A stretch of 64,000 nt of DNA from Octopus sinensis (taxonomy: Eukaryota): positions 43,958,001 through 44,022,000 of the forward strand of contig NC_043012.1 in NCBI RefSeq assembly GCF_006345805.1. The letters are read 5' to 3'. The position numbers and the translations under genes are program-made. A model generated the notes under the pieces. That model was given only the letters and a program-made list of their open reading frames with translations, was not told where the DNA came from and did not search any database. Shown here one piece after another: positions 49,050-60,790 of the stretch. Positions within the stretch are counted from its first letter, which is position 1. Every line of letters begins with the position of its first letter.

Positions 49050-50455
49050 TGCTGGTTTCTGAATATATTTGTCAAGCAGGCAAACCACAAATCCCTTCAG
49101 GTAGATGGCCCTGCTCGATCTGCAGAAAAGGCGTAGGTAGAAACTGTATAAGATGTACTCAGTGTAAGCTATGGACACATAAGAGGTGCAGCAATATCAA
49201 AGGGAGGCTAACTGGGAGGATAGCTTTTGTATGTGGCAGATGCTCGGGAGCAATAAACACTGAAAATGCGCAGAGAACAACTTCCGCCACATTCCAGGGA
49301 GAAAAACTACAAGTAGTTGATAGCTTCCGTTACCTAGGTGACCAAGTCAGTAGAGGGGGAGGGTGCACTGAAAGTGTAGCTGCTAGAATAAGAATAGCCT
49401 GGGCTAAGTTCAGAGAGCTCTTACCTCTGCTGGTGATAAAGGGCCTCTCACTCAGAGTAAAAGATAGACTGTACGACGCATGTGTATGAACAGCCATGCT
49501 ACATGGCAGTGAAACATGGGCCTTGACTGCTGAGGATATGCGTAAGCTCGCAAGAAATGAAGCCAGTATGCTCCGATGGATGTGTAATGTCAGTGTGTAT
49601 ACTCGACAGAGTGTTAGTGCCCTGAGAGAAAGGTTGGACCTAAGAAGCATCAGATGTGATGTGCAAGAGAGACGACTGCACTGGTATAGTGATGTGGCGA
49701 GAATGGATGTGGATAGCTGTATGAAAAAGTGCCACACCCTAGCAGTTGAGGGAACCTGTGGAAGAGGTAGACCCAGGAAGACCTGGGATGAGGTGGTGAA
49801 GCATGACCTTCAAACATTGGGCCTCACCGAGGCAATGACTAGTGACCGGGACCTCTGGAAATATGCTGTGCTGCAGAAGACTCGGCAAGAACAAGTGTGG
49901 CCTATGCTAGAAGTGTAACCCGTCCACTTATGCGTGCCTTTTCTTCATTGGACACTAAACTCTGCTTATGAAGACCAGTTGGGGCAAGTGAAATTGAAGT
50001 CGAAATCAAAGTCGGTGACTGGCATCCATGCTAGTGGAGTGCTAAGAGTACCATACGAGTGAGATCGTTGCCAGAGCAACAAGCTGGCCTTTGTGCCAAT
50101 GGCACGTTAAACACACCAGTTGAGCATGATCGTTACTGTGTCGCCTTACTAGCACTTGTGCTGGTGGCACGTGAAAAAACATTCAAGTGAGGTTGTTGCC
50201 AGTGCCAGTGCCACTGGACTGGCTCCTGTGCAGGTGGCACATAAAAAGCACTATTTGAGTGTGGCTGTTGCCAGTACCACCAAACTGGCCTTCATGCTGG
50301 TGGCATGTAAAAGCACCCACTACACTCTCGAAGGGCATTCAGCTGTAGAAACTGCCAGATCAGATTGGAGTCTGGTTTGCCAGACCTCAGTCAAATCGTC
50401 CAACCCATGCTAGCATGGAAAGCAGATGTTAAATGATGATGATGATGATGATGAA
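49050..50455 (+). mobile_element. RTE-type LINE, 5'-truncated, with a PHD-like finger inside the RT region; antisense in TM2D3 intron 3
   Basis: ORFs 49049-49489 and 49496-49918 (FRYLGDQV, MLHGSETWA, GRGRPRKTW), a long 3' UTR and a (GAT)n tail. Confidence 0.85.
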
Positions 50456-51010
50456 TGGATCAACTATACCAAGTATTGGGTAGTCAACACCTATTTGGCT
50501 TCTATCTTATATATCTTCCGCTCAGTATAGTTCATCATGTACCTGGCCAGCATACCTGCGGAAAATCTTGTATGAAGTGTTTAAATAAATGACTGGTCTT
50601 TACTCTTTTACTTGTTTCAGTCATTTGACTGCAGCCATGCTGGAGCACAACCTTTAGTTGAATAAATGAACCCCAGGACTTATTCTCTGTAAGCCTAGTA
50701 CTTATTCCATCAGTTTCTTTCTGCCGAATTGCTAAGCAATGGGAACATAAATACACCAACATCAGTTGTCAAGCAATGGAGAGGGTACAAACACTAACAC
50801 AGACAACAAACGCATACATACATACATTCATAAATATGATATATATATATATATAAACTAGAAAAAAAACACCTTTTATCAATTCAAAATGAAAAATTAA
50901 ATTGCACCATCTAGAAAATTACATATAATAGAAAGTTTAAATATAAGATAAAAAATATAATGATGATTAAGTAATGTGCAAAATAATAAATAAAACGTAT
51001 ATATTTGGTA

Positions 51011-51124
51011 GAATAATGACACGTGTTTCGTGGCTATATCTAAGAAATGATTATAGTAAAAATATTAGTAGTAGTAGTAAAATCACTTCAATATAAATAT
51101 AGCTACTTATCAGGTACTCATCAG
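51011..51124 (-). ncRNA. Damaged hammerhead motif (G8 to A, stem I unpaired), palindrome ACACGTGT
   Basis: CTGATAA-GTAGCTATAT...ATATAGCCAC-GAAA-CACGTG-TC-ATTATTC. Confidence 0.5.
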
Positions 51125-51225
51125 GATAACTACAATAATAAAATAATTCATTAATAAATATATGTAAATAATCTTATAAAATATAAATATATTCTTTAAA
51201 ATAGATATCTATATATCTATCTATC

Positions 51226-51441
<216 letters not shown>

Positions 51442-51442
51442 A

Positions 51443-51481
<39 letters not shown>

Positions 51482-52641
51482 TACAAAATATAAATTAAGT
51501 GAAAACTAAATACAACACTTTAAACTATATACATTAAATCAAATTATTAATTAATATATTAATTTAATAAACATCCAAATAAAGTTTAATACCCATTAAG
51601 CAATTAATACTAAAAACCTTAATATTAATTAATATACATAATGCTAGTACAAGCCATAAATACTGGAATCAAAAATATGAAATGGTTCAAATATAGACAC
51701 ACCCATTATATAAACTAACTATACAATTAATATATATGTAGTATCTATAGATTTAATATATAACTCAATAATACAGTTGACCAAAATATCAATTAATATA
51801 AAAACTAATTTACTTAAATGTAATACTACTTGATAAATATACCACCTAATTATTAAATAATGTATTGTCTAACAAAATTAATTCTCAAATTAAATTATAT
51901 GTAATACGTTAAATCTCTTTATAAACACTAAGACCTATATATTTTTTTACGTTTAAAATTCAATTATATTATTTTCATCGGACAAGCTAAGTAACGGTTT
52001 TTGCTTATAAATATTATTTGGCTTTTGAATTATATTGGGTTTGATTATTATTGCTGTTGAAATATTATTATTTTTATATATATTTTATTGATAGTTATAA
52101 GTTATGATAGTTATTAATTATGATATCTATTTATTTAGAATGCTTTATTATTATTTTTATAAAGGGATTTAACGTATTACATATAATTTAATTTGAGAAT
52201 TAATTTTGCTAGACAATACATTATTTGTATATATAAATTATCAATAATAATTGTATTTAACTGCTATTTCTAAATTTCGGTATGTGGTGAAGCAATTTTG
52301 CTAAACCCTAATTATAATTATGTTTATAATTATAATAATTTTTGTATAAGTTTACCAATAATGGTTCTTTTAACATACCAAACTACTTGGTAAGATTATC
52401 AATTATAAATTGATTAATTAATATTACCCTTTATTATTATTGATATAATTCTCTCCCTGATAGTAAACTGCAGTTTCTGTGGGATTACTCGTAACGCACA
52501 TGGGTGATTGGGAGAAGGTGCAAGCCCTAACTCGTCTGCATGAATTCAGAATACTGGTTTTTTGGATGTTAATTTTGTTTGATGGCGCTCGGTCAAATAA
52601 ATATCTTGATTACTAGTGCTCTCAAATTTATAACTGAAATC

Positions 52642-52708
52642 CTATACTGATGATGGAAATAAGGTATGAGTTATTTTATATATCTTTAATCCAGAAACGC
52701 GTATATAG
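52642..52708 (+). ncRNA. Intact type I hammerhead motif (dimer type), antisense to TM2D3
   Basis: CTATA-CTGATGA-TGGA(32 nt)TCCA-GAAA-CGCG-TA-TATAG. Confidence 0.8.
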
Positions 52709-52886
52709 TTAATCAAAGCCGGGTGGATTCGTTATTTTCCCTCTTTGCCTGTATGAGTTGAGAGTATTGCTGTCTGGGAGATATCTTATGGTAGCAGAAT
52801 AGTATTTAACTGCTATTTCTAAATTTCGGTATGTGGTGAAGCAATTTTGCTAAACCTTAATTATAATTATGTTTATAATTATAATA

Positions 52887-52936
<50 letters not shown>

Positions 52937-53137
52937 TTTTTAATAATATATTATTATTAATATTAGGAAATCAATATCAAAACTCCTCAGAAAGATATAT
53001 ACGTGTGAAAAATAATCGTTGTATTAAAAATATATATAAATAAATATAACTATGTATAAAAATATATGTAAATATGTATAAGTATAAATATATAATGTAT
53101 ATGACAGTTTAAAAGTTTTGAATTAAGTATTTAAAGC

Positions 53138-53227
53138 ATCTTACGATCGTTTCACAGAAGTGCTGTCCCTATAATGAAATCCTATATTGATAAGCATTTA
53201 TAGACAACTCTTCTGCTCTTCAGAGAT
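53138..53227 (-). ncRNA. Intact type I hammerhead motif (dimer type), sense strand of TM2D3 intron 3
   Basis: ATCT-CTGAAGA-GCAGAAGAGTTGTC...GACAGCACTTCTGT-GAAA-CGATCG-TA-AGAT. Confidence 0.82.
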
Positions 53228-53329
53228 ATAAAATTTGAATTCTGTATAACATATCGAATAGTAGTTTTTTCTTTAAATTTGAAGTAATACTATAAAATAT
53301 TATTTGTTTGAAAGATAAATTAAAAATTA

Positions 53330-53660
53330 CTGCTTTTGATGCTATATGCATGTGAGACTTGGGCCTTGATGCAAAGAGAACATCTGCTTTTGGCGCAGAG
53401 AGATATGGAAAGTTCGATGTTGGGAATCTTGCTAAGAGATCACATTCAGAAAGAGGAGATCAGGGATAAAACTGGAGTAAAGGACATTGTCACACAATAC
53501 CACCAGGTAAAGCTACAATGGGCTGGTCATGTCACAAGGTTCACCGGCAATTGGTGGACCCATGTAGTTTCCGAGTGATACACATAGGAATGGAAGAGAC
53601 CACTTGGAAGACCTCCAGTCAGGTGGGAAGATGATTTGAGAAACTTACAAAAAAAATTGG
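53330..53660 (+). mobile_element. RTE-1-type LINE C-terminal fragment
   Basis: MLYACETWAL...IRDKTGVKDIV...KLQWAGHVTR...RPLGRPPVRWEDDL. Confidence 0.75.
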
Positions 53661-54108
53661 ACATGAATTAAGAGATGATATGGTTGGACAACATCCAAAG
53701 TATTGGCATAGTGGGCATTGGTAATAGGCATATAAAGTGGATGAAAGATCTATACTGAGTGAAAAGTGCCAAGACTTGCTATAAGAGGGTACATGTGCTA
53801 GTGCCAGACTAGAATCATTTGGACATAACTTGTTGAATATGGCAATGGTCAATCTCATAGATAAGAAAATACAGGACTGAAAGTATCTCGGAAATGTATT
53901 TAACTTGTGCAAGTTATAGCAAAATACAAGTCAAAAATGACAAAAAAGAGGAGAAACGAAAAAAAGGAACAAGCAGAAAGAAAAGTCTTGTATCAATATA
54001 GCATTGCATATGAACGACAGGATTTGTTCATTCATTCATTTTAAGTCCCAACTGACACACAGTGTCCTGTACATTTGTTAAGTTTTGATAATTAAACTTA
54101 AAACTCAC

Positions 54109-54268
54109 CTAAGCACATTACTGGCTCTTTAACTTTACACGTTGAAACATACTTCTGTCTTGGTGCTGCAACAACTCGGCAAGAAGTCGAGGAATTGCAA
54201 GTATAGTTCGATGGATCCAGCTGGTAACAAAACCTACATTCTAACTGCCTTTCAAATTTTTCTGGACC
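54109..54268 (-). CDS. TM2D3: TM2D3-like exon 3
   Basis: ttcaaag|GGT...TTA G|gtgagt; GPEKFERQLECRFCYQLDPSNYTCNSSTSCRVVAAPRQKYVSTCKVKEPVMCL(G) aligns with the CRFCWQL...PRQRY...HCLG region of TM2D3. Confidence 0.95.
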
Positions 54269-54350
54269 CTTTGAAAATAGAAATATAAAGTTTAATATTA
54301 AGAAAACAATGTATAAGTTTATAAAATAGGATACATTATATATACATTAT

Positions 54351-54480
54351 TCTTCTACAAAAATGTTGTTGACAGTGACTTCAAAATTTCAGCCAGACAA
54401 GCCATAATTGGTCTGCAATCCAATGATGCCTTAGCTGGCCGAAACTCTGAAGTCACTGTCAACAACATTTTTGTAGAAGA
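54351..54480. repeat. 130-bp fold-back palindrome (33-bp perfect outer arms, 28-bp imperfect inner arms, 8-nt loop)
   Basis: 54351-54383 is the exact reverse complement of 54448-54480. Confidence 0.95.
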
Positions 54481-55779
54481 CTAATAAATTTGTACTTGAC
54501 AAAAATATAGAGTAACCCATCAGATTAATTATAATTGAACATAAAAACAAACATCATCATCATCGTTTAACATCCGCTTTCCATGCTAGCATGGGTTGGA
54601 CGATTTGACTGAGGACTGGCGAACCAGATGGCTGCACCAGGCTCCAATCTTGATCTGGCAGAGTTTCTACAGCTGGATGCCCTTCCTAACGCCAACCACT
54701 CTGAGAGTGCTTTTACGTACCACCGGCACAAGGGCCAGTCAGGCGGTACTGGCAACGGCCATGAAAAAATTGTATTTTTTATTATTTTAATATATATATG
54801 TCTGTGGACGAAGAGATGGTGGCAGGCAATTTAACATGGGAGTATTCTTAATTCTACGTATTAATTCATGTTATCTACAACCAGATTATTTTGGAATGTT
54901 ACTTGTTGTGAACTAGTTTCCTACCTGAAAGCTCTATGCCTCAACCACTTAATGCCATCACACATCTAAATATGTCTTCAAAATCCCCATCCGACTGTTA
55001 AACATATTTATGTTTTAACATGGTCAAGGTTTAGGAAGTTGATAGCAATTGTAGCAAAGTACTTTGCTTGCTGCAGTGTTTTGGTGACTGTTATAAATGA
55101 AATAAGAGAGGAGAGAGCTACTATGACCAGCAAACTCATCTCTTTTATGCGACATAACAGATAGGTGATTGTAGTTTAAGAGTTTGTTTTGTTATTCAAT
55201 AATTTTAGTAGACAGCAGCCAACCAAAGTATTAAATCAGTTTCTCAATCAGAAGTTATTCCATTTTTGTGGATATGCTACGTTTAGATACTGAGACTTAG
55301 TTTAAAATATGTAGCCTTCATTTGAAAGGCAGTAGATAATTAATTAAATAAGATTTGATCATTACGTTGAGTTTGTTAATTAATTGTGTAGAAGCTCCTT
55401 TAACACAAACAACTTCAAATCTACAAAATTAGAAAACCCTCAGTAAAACATAAATAGTACATCTATCCATGACCAGAGATGAACTTCTTTCTCTTCAATG
55501 ATATAGCTTAAAACAAGGTAAATAAGTTACTGTTTTCTTTAGCAAAGACTTCATAAATAACCATAAAGGCTTAAGCCAGTATGGTTAAGTATCTTGACCA
55601 AGAACACAATGTTTGCAGTGGAATGCACACTAACAACGTAATCTCTTATCCACACTGTAATTATTCCTTTTCAATTTTTATCTTTTTCCATCTTGAGTCA
55701 AATTAAGTTCATGGTTAAAATAAAAGACTGACCTGCCTTAATTTTATGATTTAATAGCAATGATGATGATGATGATAAC

Positions 55780-56610
55780 CCTTTTTATTACACGTAAAAG
55801 GCCTGAAATTTGCAGGGAGAGGATAGTTGATTACATCGACCCCAGTGTTTCAGTTACAAAATTTATCGACCCCAAAAGGATGAAAAGCAAAGTTGACCTC
55901 AATGGAATCTGAACTCAGAATGTAAAGACGGATGAAATGGCATTAAACATTTTGCCTGGCATGCTAACGATTCTGCCAGCACCTTAATAATCCTTTCTAC
56001 TATAGGCACAAAGCTAGAAATTTGGTGGGAGGGGTTAAGTCGATAACATTGACCCCAATACTCAGCTGGTACATAATTTAGGATGAAAGGCAAAGTCAAC
56101 CTCAGCAGAATTTGAACTCAGAACAATGAAGACAGACAAAATACTGCTAAGCATTTTGCCCAGTGTGCTAATGATTGTGTCATCTCACTGTCTTCAGATC
56201 TCAACTGATTGGAAGTGTTATCATGTACATTGTTTTGTCTTGGTATAAAAGATGGGCAACAGCAAATATTCTGCTCAATACCAGAGATTTGCTTGTCAGT
56301 TGGTCCCACATTGGTCCCAGGGATCAACTGGTACTTATTTTATCGACCCCGAAAGGATGAAAAGCAAAGTCTGCCTCGGCAGAATTTGAACTTAGAATAT
56401 GATGAGGGATGAAATACTACTAAGCATCATTTTGCCTGGCACATTAATGATTCTGCCAGCTGGCTGATTTAACAATAATAATAATAATAATGCTTTCTAT
56501 TATAGGCACAAGGCCTGAAATTTGGAGGGGGGTTGAACTCAGAATGTAGCAGCAGACAAATTACTGCTAAGCATTTTGCCTGGTGTGCTAACAATTCTGC
56601 CAGCTCACAG
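55780..56610 (-). mobile_element. Cluster of about four SINE family-3 fragments in TM2D3 intron 2
   Basis: Repeated ATCGACCCC.AAAGGATGAAA.GCAAAGT...GAATTTGAACTCAGAA; other copies at about 37385-37555 and 42680-42850. Confidence 0.7.
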
Positions 56611-56632
56611 CAGCAGCAACAACAATAATAAC

Positions 56633-56674
<42 letters not shown>

Positions 56675-56676
<2 letters not shown>

Positions 56677-57365
56677 CCTCATGCAGTAACCAGGCAGTGG
56701 CTCTCATGGCTTCTGATCTTAACTGATTGGAAGTGTTATCATGTACATTGTTTTGTCTTGGTATAAAAGATGGTCTACAGCAAATATTCTGCTCAATACC
56801 ACAGATTTACTTGTCAGTTGTTTGACCTTAACCAGTTGAGCATGTTCCTTAGTGGCTGACGATATGTGCATCCCTGATCACGAGCAGAAGTAGTGGGGGA
56901 GCATCATAGCCATGTGTTGAGAGGGATTCTTAGAGGTCTGAATAATTCACCTTTGGAAACATGGGTGTTTCGTTCATCATCCTAAAGCAACCCTTATTCA
57001 GGGACCTTTTGAGCAGGATAGGCTACTCGACCTGAAGAAAATTCTAACTGGGCCCCACCTGCAAGGTCATGCGCTGTTTATTTTGATATAAGATCACCAT
57101 GTCGCGCACATATGGTTGTGATGCGTGTACCTAGTGTACCCTTATCAGACGGGTAGTCATGATGGGTATGCTGGGCTTTGTATATTTTACCCCAGTGTCA
57201 CTTTGATGGCATGCACTGCTCTCTCACTCAATAATAATAATAATGGTTGTGATGCATGTGCCTGGTGTACCCTTATCAGACAAATAGTCATGATGGGTAT
57301 AATGGGCTTCGTATATTTTACCCCAGTGTCACTTTGATGGCATGCACTGTTCTCTCACTCAATAG
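56675..57365 (+). mobile_element. Retroposon 3'-end-like repeat with its last about 120 bp tandemly duplicated
   Basis: GGTTGTGATGC.TGT.CCT.GTGTACCCTTATCAGAC...CTCTCACTCAATA occurs at about 57113-57235 and 57244-57365, each followed by (AAT)n. Confidence 0.55.
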
Positions 57366-57428
57366 TAATAACAATATCAAAAAAGGAAAAGGATACCAGT
57401 AGAATATAAATACACCAAATTACATTAC

Positions 57429-57667
57429 CGTACAATTAATGAACTGCTTAGCTTTGCAGGTCACTGTGTGAATTTGGCCATAAATACATGAACTACTGAA
57501 ATTACAAGTGATGCAGTCTGGTCCCAGATCCTGACACATGGTCAAGCTAGGGCACTGATGAATGTATGATTCTGTTACTCCATTATCTGTTTGTCCTTTG
57601 CTAGAGTTTGTGCTTGAAGTAGACTGTGTTCCTGGAGTGCTCAGGCCATCTCGACTGGAGCTCGGGA
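57429..57667 (-). CDS. TM2D3: TM2D3-like exon 2
   Basis: aatacag|TC CCG...TGT ACG|gtaatg; ends CPSLTMCQDLGPDCITCNFSSSCIYGQIHTVTCKAKQFINCT, with the TM2D3 cysteine spacing. Confidence 0.93.
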
Positions 57668-58039
57668 CTGTATTAAAAATAAATTTGGAAACAATTTTTA
57701 AAATGTACAACTAAAATGATAACTAGAAGGGAATATGTAAATTAGCCAAACTGTTAATAACTATCTTTAAAAATCTATTTAAAAGTCACTATGCCCACAG
57801 GTAGACAAACAGAGCCATTTGAATAACATGTTTCAAAACAATATCCCACATCTCTCTTTTATGCATGAATTCACACTCATTGTTTTCACTTTCCTTATTT
57901 CACAATGGCTTATCTCCACAGAAATAGCCTCTCCCTCATAGTCTGATTTTCATTTGTTAAATCATTAATAGAAATATAACTATGAAAGGTTATTGAAGGA
58001 AAAGAAAGTGTAAGAGAGAGGGACAACCCCAAATAAGCC

Positions 58040-58070
<31 letters not shown>

Positions 58071-59789
58071 AAGAGAGACTAGCTGTTAAAGTTAACAATA
58101 ATACACTAAGAGTGATGAAGGCTATGGAGGGAGGGGAGGAAAGCAGCTGGATCATCAAGAATACTCCTGAGATACTGAAAATATCTGGCAAAGTAAGACA
58201 TGTATTAATCAATCAGGTTATAGAGACAGGTGTCATACCCAATGGCTGATGTAGCAGTATTGTAACCAACTGTTACAAGAGCAAAGGAGATGCCCAAGAA
58301 CAGTGGTTCTCAACCATCATTTTTTTTTTCCTGATTACCCGATTCATTTCTGTTTCACTTGAATGGAACCTCATAGTCATTTGATGTTTAAAAAAATTAA
58401 TATATTTTTATAATTAAATATTATTAGGAATAATATAAACAAAATTGTTAAAATATTTTGTGTATAACCAATTTATTGCATGTAAATTTTAATAAAATCT
58501 TATATGGACTGCAAGGGTCATATGGATCCCAGCTGAGTACCGCACTCTAGAAAGAAGCTGGTACAAAGGCATCAATCAGATGGATCAAGTTATAAGAGTA
58601 AAAAAGAAAATGAGTTGTAACACAACTAATTAATTAGGAAAACAATAAGCTTAGATCAAATGCAGTTCATGTTTATTAAGAGAGGAGAAGAGCAGAAAGG
58701 CAGAGATTTTCCAATGTTGATGTTCTAGACTGCAAGACACTGAGAAATGTATGCTGTGGATAATGGTACAATTGCATTTAGGGATTCTGAAAAGAAAGGG
58801 GCATGATATCTTGTCACCACTATATCATAATGTGGGGTAACCATGTATCTCCTTATGTAGTGAGACATCGGTTCTTGTTCTTCTATTATACATTAGCTTC
58901 TCAATACCTGGCATATTCCACCTCCCTCACTCAAGGCCTTTTTCTTTGTCATGCGAATTACTTGGCAATCTTATTAGTGCTGTACTCATTACACTTTGCA
59001 AAGTGGTTGGTGCTAGGAAGAGCATCTAGCTGTAGAAAACATGCCAAACAGTCATTGGAGTTAAATATAGTCCTCTAGCTCAATGGATCTTGTTCAGCCA
59101 TCCAGCCCATCCTAGTATGGAAGACAGGTGTTAAGTGATAATCATATACACACTTAGTCTTGCATGCATGTCTGTGTGTGTACACACGCATACACATATA
59201 CTGTGTATAGTATATCTTGGATGTACAAATATATGCACAATTGCTACTGTTGAATTTAGAGCTCCATGTAGATTATCATCATCCAGTCTGTTCTCAGTAT
59301 ACTGGTTAAGTACTATACTTAGTAGTATTACTAATTGTGATATACAAAGCAAATGTAGGAGAAATTAGGACAGGTTTATATCATTTGTTCCTACATATAT
59401 TTCACCATTATGGTTGTTTGGATCTCAGTATTGGCTCCAAAAAGCTTACATCTACATGGAGGAGAGAGTGTTGTCACTCAGCAATGGGGAAAGTGGAAAA
59501 AGAAGGACTGGACTAGAAACTAAAGAGGACTCAGGACTCAGAGGTGGCAAGTGGTGTTAGTGTGGGGTGAGTAACACACTTTTCATATTTACATTTTCAC
59601 GATATCATTCATGCTATCATAACTTTAATATTTTGATTTTATTTTTTCATGTTTATTTTCATGTGTCATTCATAGTATCATATTTTATTTTTATATATTT
59701 TTAATTGTTATATGTCCCCACATGTTTTGTAGTGTCCCCTCTATGTTATGCCTTTATGGCAAAATTTTGAAATAAAGTAGCTTGCTTAC

Positions 59790-60100
59790 TAACTACATAG
59801 TTCTAGGTTCAGTCCTACTGCGTGGCACCTTGGGCAAGTGTCTTCTACTATAGCCTTGGGCTGACCAAAGATATTTAGAAACTGAAAGAAGCCCGTCATA
59901 TATATATATGTGTGTGTGTGTGTTTGTCTCCCCAACATCGCTTGACAGCCGATGCTGGTGTGTTTACGTCCCTGCAAACTAGCGGTTCGGCAAAAGGCAC
60001 CAACAGAATTAGTACCAGGCTTACAAAGAACAAGCCCAGGGGTCGACTTGCTAAACTAAAGGCATGGCTGCAATCAAATGACTGAAACAAGTAAAAGATA
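59790..60100 (+). mobile_element. SINE family 1 in TM2D3 intron 1
   Basis: GGTTCAGTCCTACTGCGTGGCACCTTGGGCAAGTG...GACTGAAACAAGTAAAAGA. Confidence 0.75.
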
Positions 60101-60243
60101 GAAGCTAGAAAGAAGTGTAGTACTTAGTAGACAGTGAGGGGAAGAGGACCAATTCCATAGAATTCTATATCGATTCATTTTTAGCAACCACCAATGAGTG
60201 TCACTAGCATTAACAGATTGATACTGATATTATTTAGATATTT

Positions 60244-60790
60244 GGTAATTGTTCAGTTTAGTTATATAAAAAAAGTAAATAAAAATTAAGGGGGAAATAA
60301 GTAGTAAAAGAAGCAACGGGTCATTGGGTATTCGGTGGCATAAAGATAGCCTCAAGAAAGTGTTTTTTGGTCGAAGTACCTGACCGCACAGAAGAAACTT
60401 TAACTGAGCTGATACAAAGGTGGATTTTTGCCTAGTGTCACATAGTCAGTGATGGATGGCGAGTATATAATAACATTGCTATCCTCAATGGTGGTGCCTC
60501 CACGCATGAGGTGATTGTACACCAACATTTTGTTAATCCTTATTATCAAGACGTCCACACACAAAATTTGGAAAATACATGGATGCGGGTGAAACGGAAG
60601 TTGAGACGACAGTTTGGGACATCGTACGAATTGTTTGTTTCGTAGCTACATGAGTTTCTCTGGCCTAATTCCACAGAGAAAATGGATACATTTGTTCACT
60701 TCCCGGTGCGTCGCCAAAGCTGCTTCTTTTACTACTTCTCTCCCCTTAATTTTTATTTACTTTTTTATATAACTAAACTGCAAAATTACC
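60244..60790 (+). mobile_element. Merlin (IS1595-like) DNA transposon deletion derivative
   Basis: About 70-bp TIRs starting GGTAATT (60244-60315 and 60721-60790). Internal WVFGGI...CFLVEVPDRTEETL...IVSDGWRVY...HFVNP...VHTQNLENTWMRVK...LHEFLW, with two stops. Confidence 0.8.
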
